Positions 46,979 to 57,435 of a stretch of DNA of 64,000 bases are shown here, in pieces. How positions within the stretch are numbered: the stretch's first letter is position 1; every line of letters begins with the position of its first letter. Source of the DNA: an uncultured virus (IMG/VR IMGVR_UViG_3300021511_000004) (Duplodnaviria; Heunggongvirae; Uroviricota; Caudoviricetes); the IMG/VR virus record IMGVR_UViG_3300021511_000004, one strand, 5' to 3'. The position numbers and the translations under genes are program-made. Below the pieces are notes generated by a model, which did no database searches, had not been told where the DNA came from, and saw only the letters and a program-made list of their open reading frames with translations.

Positions 46979-47214
46979 ATGAGATTATAGTGAAAGTTCG
47001 AGATCATGAAGATCAATTGGTTAAGATGATAGATTATATTATACATACTGCAAATATAGGTCATTCGTTTAAAGTAGTTGTTGATCCTGATATGAGAGAA
47101 TATAGAAAGAAATTTTATTTTGATGGTGATGGTACATTTCATGTTAAAGAGGTAAAAAAGAATGGGAAGAAAGTAAATATTAAAAACGATAAATTAATTG
47201 AGAGGTATTTATAA
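46954..47214 (+). CDS. Hypothetical protein
   Basis: 86 aa, GGGGAG RBS. Confidence 0.6.
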   Translation: MAISTKELDEIIVKVRDHEDQLVKMIDYIIHTANIGHSFKVVVDPDMREYRKKFYFDGDGTFHVKEVKKNGKKVNIKNDKLIERYL

Positions 47215-47222
47215 AGAATTCA

Positions 47223-47792
47223 ATGATGACTTTAAAAATTAAGAAAAAAGGACTTTATATACAAATTCCTGGATTACCTCCATTTAGAACACCAGCTGAT
47301 GTAAATATTTCACATGTTAGTATTCCTTTGGTTGTATCTACGTTGAAAGCACAAGGGATTGAAAAGTTTCAAATTGTATCAGACACACAAGGGAAAGAAA
47401 AAATATTAACACAAAAAGATTTTATGGTTGATAAAAAAGAAGCCAAGGAAGATTATGAGACAAGATTTAATAAATTAGAGTCTTTAATGAATAAATTACT
47501 TCAGACACAAGTGAGTAATCTACCTTTAAATAAAGAACAAATTACTAATAGACTAAGTAGTATTGAGAAAATATTAAGAAAGAAAAGAATTATAAATATT
47601 GTTAAAGAAAATAGTAAAAAAGTAAAGAAAGAACCAAAAATTGAAGAATTAAATGATGTTTTCATTCCCAAGATTAATTTAGAAGGATTGGAAATGAAAG
47701 GAGAATCTTCACAAAAAACAATCAAACAAGATAAATTAGATATTGATGATAATGCTGATTTACTTTCAAGAATTATACAGTCAGATGAATAA
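47223..47792 (+). CDS. Hypothetical coiled-coil protein upstream of the actin-like gene
   Basis: 189 aa, GAGG RBS. Confidence 0.65.
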   Translation: MMTLKIKKKGLYIQIPGLPPFRTPADVNISHVSIPLVVSTLKAQGIEKFQIVSDTQGKEKILTQKDFMVDKKEAKEDYETRFNKLESLMNKLLQTQVSNLPLNKEQITNRLSSIEKILRKKRIINIVKENSKKVKKEPKIEELNDVFIPKINLEGLEMKGESSQKTIKQDKLDIDDNADLLSRIIQSDE

Positions 47793-47807
47793 GGGGGTAA
47801 TATTTTT

Positions 47808-48851
47808 ATGAGTAACGAAGTGAAAAGCGAATTAAAAAAGAAAGATGAGGTAGTTTGTATCGGTCTTGACGTAGGCACGATGAATTTGGTTTGTGCTAGA
47901 TCTGACTTAAATAAAGTCAAAATGACAAGAAATGTCTTTCTACCATTAGATGATGATGATATTCAAATTTCAGAGTTAAGTGATATTAATTATATTCAAG
48001 ATGAAGATGAAAAATTATTTATCATTGGAGCAGATGCTTTTAAATATTCAAATATTTTTGGTCAGAAAGTTTCTCGTCCTATGGAAAAGGGGTTAATATC
48101 ACCCAGAGAAATTTCAGCTATTGATATTTTGACTCTTATGTTGAAAGACTTACTTGGAGACGTTAAAGATAAAGAGTCATATTGTTCATTTTCAATACCA
48201 GCTGAAGCAATTGATGGTGGGCGTTCAATTACATATCATGAGAATGTCTTTGCAAGAATTTTAAAGAGTTTGGGAATTAATTATACTTCAGTGAATGAAG
48301 CAATGGCAATTATTTATTCAGAATGTGCTAAAGAAAAGTTTTCAGGAATTGGTATTAGTTTTGGTGCTGGTATGGCAAATGTTGCTATGGCATATAAAGG
48401 TATTCAAGCACTAACATTTTCAACTACAAGAGCAGGAGATTGGATTGATAATGAAACTGCTTCTTCACTTGGGATGGTTGCAAATAGAGTAACTAGTATC
48501 AAAGAAAAATATATGCAACTTTCTGGAGAAGTTGAGATAAAAAATAAAAAAACAAAAAGAGTTTTAGAGGCTCTTTATTATTATCATAAAGCATTGATAG
48601 ACTACACTGTTAAGAAGATCATTAAAGAGTTTACTAATAAAGTTGATATTGAAATTGATGAACCTGTTCCTATAATAATTAGCGGTGGAACAAGCATACC
48701 AAAAGGATTTGTTGAATTATTCAAAAATGTTGTATCTGGATATGATTTACCATTTGAAGTCTCAGAAATTCGCAGAGCAGAAAATCCTCTAACAGCTGTT
48801 GCAAATGGTCTTCTAATAAGAACTATGTCAGATGTTAAGGGAATGAAATAA
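47808..48851 (+). CDS. Actin-like ATPase (MreB/ParM/FtsA/MamK superfamily)
   Basis: Phosphate-1 IGLDVGT, RPMEKG, NEAMA, phosphate-2 ISFGAG, AGDWID, KE, adenosine IISGGTS, AVANG. Confidence 0.85.
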   Translation: MSNEVKSELKKKDEVVCIGLDVGTMNLVCARSDLNKVKMTRNVFLPLDDDDIQISELSDINYIQDEDEKLFIIGADAFKYSNIFGQKVSRPMEKGLISPREISAIDILTLMLKDLLGDVKDKESYCSFSIPAEAIDGGRSITYHENVFARILKSLGINYTSVNEAMAIIYSECAKEKFSGIGISFGAGMANVAMAYKGIQALTFSTTRAGDWIDNETASSLGMVANRVTSIKEKYMQLSGEVEIKNKKTKRVLEALYYYHKALIDYTVKKIIKEFTNKVDIEIDEPVPIIISGGTSIPKGFVELFKNVVSGYDLPFEVSEIRRAENPLTAVANGLLIRTMSDVKGMK

Positions 48852-48866
48852 TATAGTTTTTGGAGG

Positions 48867-49442
48867 ATGATTATGATAAAAGGATTTTCATTTATATGGG
48901 GTAAAAATATTTTTCATTGTGGTGAATATGTTAAGGGATATTGGTTTGATCACAATGATATTTTAAAAGTACCAGATGAAGAAAAAAGTGGGTTTGGAAT
49001 AAAATTTGATCTTGCGATAGGAAAGGTTATTCGACCAATTCCTTATTTTTGGAAATTAGATTTTTGGAAACCAAATAAACTTTTAGTACAAGATATTCTT
49101 GATGAAGGTGAAGAATATTCAATAGATTTCTTTGGTAAAAAATTATATGATAGAATGATGACTTTACCATCTTATCATTGGGTAAAAAGAACTATTTGGA
49201 ATCCTTGGTATGCTAAATATGCATTTGTTTTACGTACCTTTTCTTTTTTATGGCCATCAATTTCTATTAGTACACCATGGATCAATTTTCATATAGGTAG
49301 TAAAGCAGCGCAAATAGATCCATTTACTAGAGATATAACATGGTGTGAAGATATTGATAGAGAACTTGCTTTAAAAGAAGAGCCCAAAGACCAATTTAAT
49401 ATATTAGCTTTATCATATACATTAAGAACAAAAAGAGGATAA
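48867..49442 (+). CDS. Hypothetical Trp-rich protein
   Basis: 191-aa ORF. Confidence 0.6.
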   Translation: MIMIKGFSFIWGKNIFHCGEYVKGYWFDHNDILKVPDEEKSGFGIKFDLAIGKVIRPIPYFWKLDFWKPNKLLVQDILDEGEEYSIDFFGKKLYDRMMTLPSYHWVKRTIWNPWYAKYAFVLRTFSFLWPSISISTPWINFHIGSKAAQIDPFTRDITWCEDIDRELALKEEPKDQFNILALSYTLRTKRG

Positions 49443-49456
49443 TTAGAAAGGATTTT

Positions 49457-49618
49457 ATGACTAGGAAAGAAAAAGCTGGAGTTATGATGGCTGATTCTCT
49501 TATTGAGTGGGCACATATGATGTATAATCACAATACTGCTAAAGGGGTAATTAAATCTGTGATAAATCAATTACAAAAAAGGTTGGATGAATATGTTCCA
49601 ATAAAAAGAGGTAAATAA
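49457..49618 (+). CDS. 53-aa hypothetical protein (not in ORF track)
   Basis: MTRKEKAGVMMADSLIEWAHMMY...KRGK*; AAGGA RBS; fills the gap. Confidence 0.55.
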   Translation: MTRKEKAGVMMADSLIEWAHMMYNHNTAKGVIKSVINQLQKRLDEYVPIKRGK

Positions 49619-49620
49619 TA

Positions 49621-50424
49621 ATGTATTCAACAAAAGATAAACATGACTGTCCACGGGGATTTGAATGGTCAAACTCTAAGAAAGAATGTGCCCCTGAAAG
49701 ATTAAATGAAAAACTTACAAAAGTAAGAGGAAGATATTTTTTTAAAGATGAGGTAAATAAAATGACAGAAGCAATTAAAGGAAAAACGGTAGAAGTACCC
49801 GCTTGCCCAAAAGGATTTGTATGGTGTCCTAATAAAAAGGGTTGTATTCCAGAGGGAGAGCAAAAAAGTAAAGGCCAAGGTAAAGGCAAAGGATTTGGCC
49901 AAGGAAAAGGGCCTGTTGGTGTTCCAAAGAACGAAGATGTAGATCGATTGGTTGATGAAGTATTTGATGGAGGATTCTCTCAATTTGGAAAAATTAGAAG
50001 TGCTGAAAAACAAATTGATATGCTTCTTGATAAGGTTGATCTTGGTAAAGGAACTATTAATATCACTGGTCGTCCATACGATCATCCGATTAAAATGAGA
50101 GTTAGACCAACAATTGATGTTGATGTAGAAGAATCTGAAGTAGTATCTAAAGACGATAATCCAAAGAAAATTTCAAATGATATTAATCATGTACCAGACC
50201 AGGATGTAGGTAATTTATTGAAAAGCGTGCATGCTGAATTAAATGAAGCACAAATATGGTGGATAATTAATGAAATAAAAATCAATGAGGATTATAAATC
50301 ATATTTCAGTTCTATGTTAAAGAAACATGGTTATAAATCTCCAGCTGAAATTCCAGCTGATAAGAAAAAAGAATTTTTTAATGCTGTTGATGCAGGATGG
50401 AAAGGGAAGAAAGAAGATGACTAA
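49621..50424 (+). CDS. Hypothetical (possible internal head) protein
   Basis: Two CP.GF.W....K.C modules, GQGKG repeats, C-terminal YKSYF...SPAEIP...KKEFFNAVDAGW. Confidence 0.65.
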   Translation: MYSTKDKHDCPRGFEWSNSKKECAPERLNEKLTKVRGRYFFKDEVNKMTEAIKGKTVEVPACPKGFVWCPNKKGCIPEGEQKSKGQGKGKGFGQGKGPVGVPKNEDVDRLVDEVFDGGFSQFGKIRSAEKQIDMLLDKVDLGKGTINITGRPYDHPIKMRVRPTIDVDVEESEVVSKDDNPKKISNDINHVPDQDVGNLLKSVHAELNEAQIWWIINEIKINEDYKSYFSSMLKKHGYKSPAEIPADKKKEFFNAVDAGWKGKKEDD

Positions 50425-50446
50425 AAAATAACGAAAGGAAATTGAA

Positions 50447-51733
50447 ATGTTGGCAGAATCGAAACGAGGAATATGGAAAGAAGAACAAATTAAAAAAGAT
50501 TTAAAACCCATTCATAGATCAACTTTAAGACAGTTTGGTCTTAGAGTTCAAGATATGAATCATGTAGATAATTTGGAGGAGTTGAGAAAATCTCCTCCAA
50601 ATATTGTTATTGCTCAATCTCAAAAGCATTTTAGATTTATGCAGAATTACTTTAAGGAACAGACCCTAAAGAAAAAGGGTAAATATGTTATGGGTCTTGG
50701 AGTTTTTCAACAACTAGTCTACAACCAATCAAATAGCAAGTATAAAATGCTTAAACCAGCTCCAATGCGTTTTAAGAATATGTATAAACCGTATATTGGC
50801 CAGAACGCCGATAATAAAACAATTTTAATTTTTAGAACAGGAGGTATTGGAGATCTTCTATTTATACAACCCAACCTTATATATCTTAAAAATAAATACC
50901 CTTCATGTTATATTAAATTTGCCTGTGGTCCGCAATATCAACCAATGGTTGAAAATTGGGATTGTGTTGATGAAGTATTGGATTTACCATTTCCATATAA
51001 ACATTTACAAGAATCAGATTATCATATGTTATTTGAGGGTGTTATTGAAAGATGTAAAGAAGCTGAAACAAAAAATGCTTTTAATCTCTTTTCAGAATGG
51101 CTTGGTTTAGATTTACCTGATAATTTATTACTTCCTAGACAGGAACCAAAAGAAGAACTTATGGATGAATGTTTTAAAATATTGAAAGAGTGGAATCTTG
51201 AAAATGACTCCTTTGTTCTAATGCAGTTGAGGGCAAGCTCTCCAATTAGAACACCAAGACATGAATTTTGGGCTAAAATTATAGATGAGTTAAACGAAAG
51301 AGGTCACCGTGTTCTCTTAACCGATAATCCAAGACAAGCAAATAATGTTGATGAATTTATCAATACTTTAAAGAAACCAGAAATGACTTTCAATTTTTGT
51401 CAATATTCAAAATCAATTGCATATACGATAGCTTTAACAAGTTTATCTAAAGCAACATTTGCTACCGATTCAGCATTGGGGCATATTGCTGCATCTATGG
51501 ATATTAAATGTTTTGGTGTATTCGGTCCATTTCCTGGATTTATTAGATTAAAAACATATCCTAAAGCTGCTTGGGTTGATGCAAAAAAAGATTGTGCTCC
51601 ATGTTTTATGCACAGTCAAACTCCATGTTCACAGTCATTTAATGGATATAGTCCATGTTATGATGAATTAATAGAAACAGATGAAAAACTGAAAGACCTT
51701 ATTGATAAATTTGAGGAGTTACTGAACCGATGA
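50447..51733 (+). CDS. GT9 (ADP-heptose transferase-like) glycosyltransferase
   Basis: IFRTGGIGDLLF, TDSALGHIAASM, GVFGP, CAPC. Confidence 0.8.
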   Translation: MLAESKRGIWKEEQIKKDLKPIHRSTLRQFGLRVQDMNHVDNLEELRKSPPNIVIAQSQKHFRFMQNYFKEQTLKKKGKYVMGLGVFQQLVYNQSNSKYKMLKPAPMRFKNMYKPYIGQNADNKTILIFRTGGIGDLLFIQPNLIYLKNKYPSCYIKFACGPQYQPMVENWDCVDEVLDLPFPYKHLQESDYHMLFEGVIERCKEAETKNAFNLFSEWLGLDLPDNLLLPRQEPKEELMDECFKILKEWNLENDSFVLMQLRASSPIRTPRHEFWAKIIDELNERGHRVLLTDNPRQANNVDEFINTLKKPEMTFNFCQYSKSIAYTIALTSLSKATFATDSALGHIAASMDIKCFGVFGPFPGFIRLKTYPKAAWVDAKKDCAPCFMHSQTPCSQSFNGYSPCYDELIETDEKLKDLIDKFEELLNR

Positions 51734-52566
51734 TTAAAATTTTCATGACTGTAAGAAATCGTCTTGCGATTACGAAAAAATGTATTGCAGCGATACAAAA
51801 ACATTCTACAATTCCTTATCAACTTTATGTATATGATAATCAAACAAATTATAAATTAGATGAACATTTTAAATATTTTTCAAAATTATACAATAAGGGA
51901 TTGGTTACACAAGTAGTATTTAATACTAATGCATCCACATTTAATGCTTTTAGTAAAGCAGCATCGTGTAATATGTTTGGATTATTGCACCAACAAGATC
52001 CAGAGAAAAATAAGTATTCGTTTTTATTAATATTAGATAATGATATAATCCTTACCCCTAAGTGGGATCAAAAATTAGCAGCTGCATGGAAGCATGTAAC
52101 AAAAAATAATTTAAATAATATTAAAGTTATAGGACAATCTCCAGGAGGGGTTAAATATAAAAAGGAAGTTGTAAAGATAAATGATAAACTTTCTGGAAGA
52201 ACTGGCAAACTAGGAGGGTCTGGTTTGTGGAGTGTTAGACCTAATTTCTTTGAAGACGTTGGATTACTTGATTTATCTAAATTGGTTGGTTTTGATAAAA
52301 AACACGATCAACATTATTGGAGACTTTTAGAACGATCAACCGGAGGCAAACCTTATATACTTGCATTGAGTCATAAATTGGGAATTCATTGTGGAAAAAT
52401 GTCAGGATCTGTTTGTAATATATTAACTAGAAGTCGAAGTAAAAATGATAATCAGAAGTTAGACCTTATTAAATTTGAAAATGCAGAAAATAGAATAGAT
52501 AAGTTGAAATTTGATGAATTTTTCAAATCAATATATAATGATAAAGCATTGTTAGCAGATTGGTAA
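51730..52566 (+). CDS. GT-A fold (GT2) glycosyltransferase
   Basis: IFMTVRNR..ITKKC, VYDN, LILDNDI. Confidence 0.75.
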   Translation: MIKIFMTVRNRLAITKKCIAAIQKHSTIPYQLYVYDNQTNYKLDEHFKYFSKLYNKGLVTQVVFNTNASTFNAFSKAASCNMFGLLHQQDPEKNKYSFLLILDNDIILTPKWDQKLAAAWKHVTKNNLNNIKVIGQSPGGVKYKKEVVKINDKLSGRTGKLGGSGLWSVRPNFFEDVGLLDLSKLVGFDKKHDQHYWRLLERSTGGKPYILALSHKLGIHCGKMSGSVCNILTRSRSKNDNQKLDLIKFENAENRIDKLKFDEFFKSIYNDKALLADW

Positions 52567-52580
52567 TAGAAGGGATTTAA

Positions 52581-53099
52581 ATGGAAGTATTGCATGTAAC
52601 ACCAACCAAAAATATTAAGAATATTATGAAAAGTAAAATACTTAGAAGTAAACCTATTCTTTCTCAATATGATGACGTAATGAATTATGAATATGGATCT
52701 GATTATGATAAGGAGAAAGGATTAGTATTTGGATTCCCAGAAGATATATACAATCGTGATAAAATAATTAAAGATTTTGCTTATTGGAAAACTTGGGGAG
52801 ATGTTAGAAATAGATTTTTATTGAAATATGATGATGAAGAATTTATAAAACTACAAGAAGTAGGCACAAAAATATTTTCACATATTAAACTAAAATCAAC
52901 ACATTTTTCTATTTTACTTTTAGAGATTAAATACGAACCAGTTTTTGATAGATATAAACATCAACAGACTGCTGATATGAGTTCATATTGGACAGATATG
53001 GAAACCAGATATGAGCATGATGATAAACCTCTAGTTCTAATAAATTATGATATTGAATTAAAGAACATAAAAAGAATTGTGGGACAGTTCAATCTATAG
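52581..53099 (+). CDS. Hypothetical protein
   Basis: 172 aa; LHVT..NI..I N-terminus only weakly recalls ADP-ribosyltransferase-fold proteins. Confidence 0.6.
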   Translation: MEVLHVTPTKNIKNIMKSKILRSKPILSQYDDVMNYEYGSDYDKEKGLVFGFPEDIYNRDKIIKDFAYWKTWGDVRNRFLLKYDDEEFIKLQEVGTKIFSHIKLKSTHFSILLLEIKYEPVFDRYKHQQTADMSSYWTDMETRYEHDDKPLVLINYDIELKNIKRIVGQFNL

Positions 53100-53149
53100 T
53101 AACAAAGGAAGATAAAATAAATACATTATTGCAAATATAAAGGGTGATT

Positions 53150-54109
53150 ATGTCAAAACCAGACGCTATATTAATGGGTCCATTTGTGGGTGAATTATAT
53201 TGGGAAACAGCTAGATTTGCGCCCATGCTTCCACAAATGATCAGAACAGAATATAAAGATAGAGATATGAAATATATCGTTTTAACAAGGCAAGAGCGTT
53301 TTGATTTATATGGTAAATTTGCAGATATTTTAGTTCCGTTGAGGATACCAGGAGATTATGAAAAACATCAACCAAATTGTTTTAGATTAAATGGTTTGAA
53401 ACCCCCACAATATTTGAAAATCATTAATGATTTTCATGCAAAATACAAAGGAAGGTATCATATAATTAAACATATTTATCCTGATGTTACAAAGGCAAGA
53501 TATGTAAATAAGAATCAATTTCCCCGAAAAAAGATGCATTATAATTATCAACCAAGAGAAGAAAATTATAGTATAGTGAAGTCTTATTTGCCAAATTCTG
53601 GAAAGCCATTGGTTGTTTTATCTCCAAGATATCGAAATGGTTTTAAAAGAAACTGGAAATATTGGCCTGAGTTTTATAATAAATTATCACAAGATGGGGA
53701 TTTGATGAAAGATTTTCACTTTATTATATGTGGTAAAAAAGGTGAATATATACCTGATAAGAAGAAAAGATTTTTAGATTTAAATGATATGGTGTTGGGA
53801 GAAAACTCTTCTCTTGTTGGTTTATTATTAGTTGTGTTAGAAAATACGTTTTTTACATTTGGTTCACAGAGCGCAATTCCAAATATGTCTCTGTTATATA
53901 ATATAGATGTTTTGGAATTTGGTTGTCAAAAGACATTACACACAAGAACTTATAATATAAAAAATACACCCATAACATTTATAGTGGACACGAAATATGA
54001 TATTCCAACAAATAAAATATTTCCGCAGTTTAAAAAATTGTTATATAAGAAAAGGAGAAAACAAGATGCAACAAACAAAGAATGTTTGGATTCAAACAAA
54101 AAAACATGA
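53150..54109 (+). CDS. Putative GT-B glycosyltransferase (GT9-like)
   Basis: GPFVGELYWE, VVLSPR...RNW..W, FGSQSA. Confidence 0.6.
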   Translation: MSKPDAILMGPFVGELYWETARFAPMLPQMIRTEYKDRDMKYIVLTRQERFDLYGKFADILVPLRIPGDYEKHQPNCFRLNGLKPPQYLKIINDFHAKYKGRYHIIKHIYPDVTKARYVNKNQFPRKKMHYNYQPREENYSIVKSYLPNSGKPLVVLSPRYRNGFKRNWKYWPEFYNKLSQDGDLMKDFHFIICGKKGEYIPDKKKRFLDLNDMVLGENSSLVGLLLVVLENTFFTFGSQSAIPNMSLLYNIDVLEFGCQKTLHTRTYNIKNTPITFIVDTKYDIPTNKIFPQFKKLLYKKRRKQDATNKECLDSNKKT

Positions 54110-54302
54110 AATAGAAGCTGTTAAAAGACAGTTAATTGAATATGATTATGCTGGATCATATGGTGGATCAATTGATCTTATGAAAGTTAATAATTTAATT
54201 GATGGATCTATAATTGAAATTTTAAAATTAGAAAAAGAGAATGAGGTATTAAAACAAGAACTTAATAAATTTATAGATGCAGCAGCAAAAGATGAAAGCT
54301 AA
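54066..54302 (+). CDS. Small hypothetical coiled-coil protein
   Basis: ATG 54066 with AAGGAG RBS. Confidence 0.5.
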   Translation: MQQTKNVWIQTKKHEIEAVKRQLIEYDYAGSYGGSIDLMKVNNLIDGSIIEILKLEKENEVLKQELNKFIDAAAKDES

Positions 54303-55059
54303 AGCATTTTTATTTGGTCCATTTATAGGAGAATTGTGTTGGGAGTTTTTTAGATTTGCTCCCTATGCAATCTACTTAAAGAAAAATAATCCTGGTTCGA
54401 GATTAATTGTACTAACTCGATCATCAAGGTTTGATTTATATGGTCAATATGCTGATATTTTACTTCCATTGAGATTAAAAAATGATTTAGAATTAAAAAG
54501 GGATTCTTTTAAGCTAAATGACTATAAAGAAGAGCATTATTATACAATTGCTAAATATTTTAAAGCTAAGTTTAGAAAACGATTTCATATTATAAGTCAT
54601 AATTATCCAGATGTTAGATTATGGAGATATAAAGCGAAGTGGCAATTTCCAAGATGTAAAATGGATTATGATTTTTTACCCAGAGAAGAAAATAAAGAAG
54701 TTGCAAGGAAATGTATGGGTAGTAATATAGGAATAGTTGATAGCGTTGCAACTAAAAAAAGAATAAATAGAGAAGATGTTATTACTACATTTGATTTAAT
54801 GTGCCGAATAACTAATTTTACCACTGACAACCCTACAAGTCTTGGTAGTATAATGGAATGTATTAAATTATCAGAATTTGTTATAGGTGATATAAGATAT
54901 GATACTTCACATTTAGCTCTTTTGTTGGGTACTACATTGATACATGTTGAGTCTTCTATAAAAGAGGATTTTATAAAGTTACTAAATCCTCTTGGAACTC
55001 CTATGATTATATCTGATAATATAGTAAAGGGAATTGATATATATGAGAATAATTTTTGA
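54292..55059 (+). CDS. Putative glycosyltransferase, paralogue of 53150..54109
   Basis: GPFIGELCWE..RFAP, IVLTR..RFDLYG..ADIL.PLR, QFPR.KM.Y...PREEN shared; SHLALLLG. Confidence 0.6.
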   Translation: MKAKAFLFGPFIGELCWEFFRFAPYAIYLKKNNPGSRLIVLTRSSRFDLYGQYADILLPLRLKNDLELKRDSFKLNDYKEEHYYTIAKYFKAKFRKRFHIISHNYPDVRLWRYKAKWQFPRCKMDYDFLPREENKEVARKCMGSNIGIVDSVATKKRINREDVITTFDLMCRITNFTTDNPTSLGSIMECIKLSEFVIGDIRYDTSHLALLLGTTLIHVESSIKEDFIKLLNPLGTPMIISDNIVKGIDIYENNF

Positions 55060-56038
55060 TTTAAGAAATGTTGGACTTGGAAATAATGGTGGGAGTTCGA
55101 CTCTTATTAAGTCTGCTAATACATTAGTGAGTTTGGGTCATGATGTTATTTTTATTGATAGTGTAAAAAATCAACATACATGGACTCCATTAGAAGCTAA
55201 ACATATAATACCAAAGAATGATTCAGATATTCCTAGTGCTGATGTTATAATTGCTACTGGATATAAATCTGTTGCTCCCACTGTAAGGGCTCCTGGAAGA
55301 CTTGGTTATAAAGTACATTGGATACGTGCTTGGGAGACCTGGCAGATGCCTGATGAAAGAATTGTTGAAACCATTTTGAAAGCACCAACAATCAAAATAG
55401 TGAACAGTATTTGTTTACAGAGAAAGTTAATGACGTATGGGGTTGAATCTAAAATTATAAGACCAGGTTATGACTTACAAGAACTATCACCAAACCCAAA
55501 ATTACCGAGAAGGGGAAGAGAAACAATTATTCTTGGGGGACTTTATCCACATAAAAAACATTTAGAAATTAAAAGAATTCAATGGATTTTTGATGTTTAT
55601 GAAAAATTTAAAGGTAAATATAAGAATTTACAGTTATGGTTATTTGGAAATGATATAATGCCTAAAAAGTATATATATTTTCAGAGACCCTCAATAGATC
55701 AGAAAGATTATTTTTATAACAATGTAGATATATGGTTATCCCCTGCTACACAAGAAGGTTTGCATATGCCTCCAGCAGAAGCAATGATGACTGAATGCCC
55801 AGTAGTAGGAACCGATGTAGATATGTCAGGCACTGAGGATTATTTATTACATCATTATAGCGGTTTAATAGCAAAAAACAATTTTCAATCATTTTCAACA
55901 AATGTTGAAACATTGATTGTTAATGAAAATTTAAGAATAAAGTTTGGGCAAAATGCAAGAAAGACAATAATTTCTTTGGGAGATAGAAAGCATAATATGA
56001 AAAAATTAATAGACTATTTTATGGGAATTATAAAATGA
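55043..56038 (+). CDS. GT4 glycosyltransferase
   Basis: NNGG, LGHDV, DVIIAT, EGLHMPPAEAM...PVV. Confidence 0.85.
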   Translation: MRIIFDLRNVGLGNNGGSSTLIKSANTLVSLGHDVIFIDSVKNQHTWTPLEAKHIIPKNDSDIPSADVIIATGYKSVAPTVRAPGRLGYKVHWIRAWETWQMPDERIVETILKAPTIKIVNSICLQRKLMTYGVESKIIRPGYDLQELSPNPKLPRRGRETIILGGLYPHKKHLEIKRIQWIFDVYEKFKGKYKNLQLWLFGNDIMPKKYIYFQRPSIDQKDYFYNNVDIWLSPATQEGLHMPPAEAMMTECPVVGTDVDMSGTEDYLLHHYSGLIAKNNFQSFSTNVETLIVNENLRIKFGQNARKTIISLGDRKHNMKKLIDYFMGIIK

Positions 56039-56853
56039 TGAATAAAGTGGGAGATATTTTATCTAAACTCGAAAATTGTATAAAGTATAGAATACCATTC
56101 AGTCATATTCGTTTTGGGGATGGAGGAATAAAATTTATTGATTCTATATTAAATGGCAATTTTGCTCAGATGAATATAATTGTTGAAAAGGAAGGGCTTC
56201 CAGCATCAAAAGTAGTTGAAATATTTGAGCTGTGGGGTTATTATGCAAGGCATGCTGATTTTATTGATAGTCCTGAGGTATATTTTAATGATACATTTTG
56301 GCCACGAGTAAAGAAAGCAGGAAAACCAATCAATGAAGCAACAAAAATTAAGATGATGGAATGGATAGAATTATACAATAGATCTGAATTCGATAATAAA
56401 AATTATTGTAACCCCGAATCTAATTATTTAATGGTGATAAGACGGCCTGATTGTAAAAATATACTGGATATAATGAAGGATAAAAAGGTTGCTTTAATTA
56501 CAGCAAGACCTGAAGTTAAAAGCATATTAAGAGATTATTCTGTTGATATTATAAAAATTGTAGGTCATTATAAGAATCAATATAAAAATTCATATCATGA
56601 AGTAATGGAAATAATAAAACATACAGCAAGTAACTATGACTTTTGGATGGTTGCTGCTGGAGAACTTGGACGTATATATACAGGTTCAATAAAAGAATGT
56701 TCTGGTAGAGCGATTGATATTGGCTTCATTGTTGAATTTTGGTTAGATGGTTATTTACACCCCAGGATTCAACCTTATTTGACAAATAGCATTTATAATA
56801 GATTTGAACTTGCATTGACGGATGAAGGACTGAAGTTTTTGGAGTATATATAA
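56035..56853 (+). CDS. GT-D fold (DUF1792-like) glycosyltransferase
   Basis: FSHIRFGDG, VAAG..G, AIDIG. Confidence 0.7.
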   Translation: MMNKVGDILSKLENCIKYRIPFSHIRFGDGGIKFIDSILNGNFAQMNIIVEKEGLPASKVVEIFELWGYYARHADFIDSPEVYFNDTFWPRVKKAGKPINEATKIKMMEWIELYNRSEFDNKNYCNPESNYLMVIRRPDCKNILDIMKDKKVALITARPEVKSILRDYSVDIIKIVGHYKNQYKNSYHEVMEIIKHTASNYDFWMVAAGELGRIYTGSIKECSGRAIDIGFIVEFWLDGYLHPRIQPYLTNSIYNRFELALTDEGLKFLEYI

Positions 56854-56854
56854 A

Positions 56855-57433
56855 ATGAAGTTATATAAACATGAAAATTATGATGAATATGTTGAAGCAC
56901 AAATAAAAAAGAATGTAAGAAAGATAGAGCATGTTTGGGTTAAAGAACATGAATTAATTCTTATATCTAAGAAAATAAAGCAACACATACCTAATCCTAA
57001 GTTTGGGATATGTCATGGAGTAAGAAATTCATGGGAAACTAAGAAGATGAAGCAGCTGTTGAATATAGAGGTATTGGGAACTGATATTGCGCCGTCAGCA
57101 ACAAATTTTGAATATACAATTCAATGGGATTTTCATGATATAAAAGATGAGTGGAGAAATAACGTAGATTTTATTTATAGTAATTCTTTTGACCACTCAT
57201 ATGATCCTAAAATGTGTCTTGATAAATGGATGAAATGTATTAAAAAAGGAAAAGGAATTTGTTTTATACATTGGATGATAACAAATTCCAATCATAAAGT
57301 AGATGCAGCGGATTGTTTTGCTGGAACTTTAAAAGATTATAGAAAGTTATTCAATAAAAAGTATGTAGTTTTTGAAGAATTTGGATATAAACACAGAAAG
57401 ATTTTTGCAATAAAACATAAACCAAAGGGATAA
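56855..57433 (+). CDS. Class I SAM-dependent methyltransferase-like protein
   Basis: ICHGVRN..E, GTDI, WDFH, DFIYSNSFDH. Confidence 0.75.
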   Translation: MKLYKHENYDEYVEAQIKKNVRKIEHVWVKEHELILISKKIKQHIPNPKFGICHGVRNSWETKKMKQLLNIEVLGTDIAPSATNFEYTIQWDFHDIKDEWRNNVDFIYSNSFDHSYDPKMCLDKWMKCIKKGKGICFIHWMITNSNHKVDAADCFAGTLKDYRKLFNKKYVVFEEFGYKHRKIFAIKHKPKG

Positions 57434-57435
57434 AT

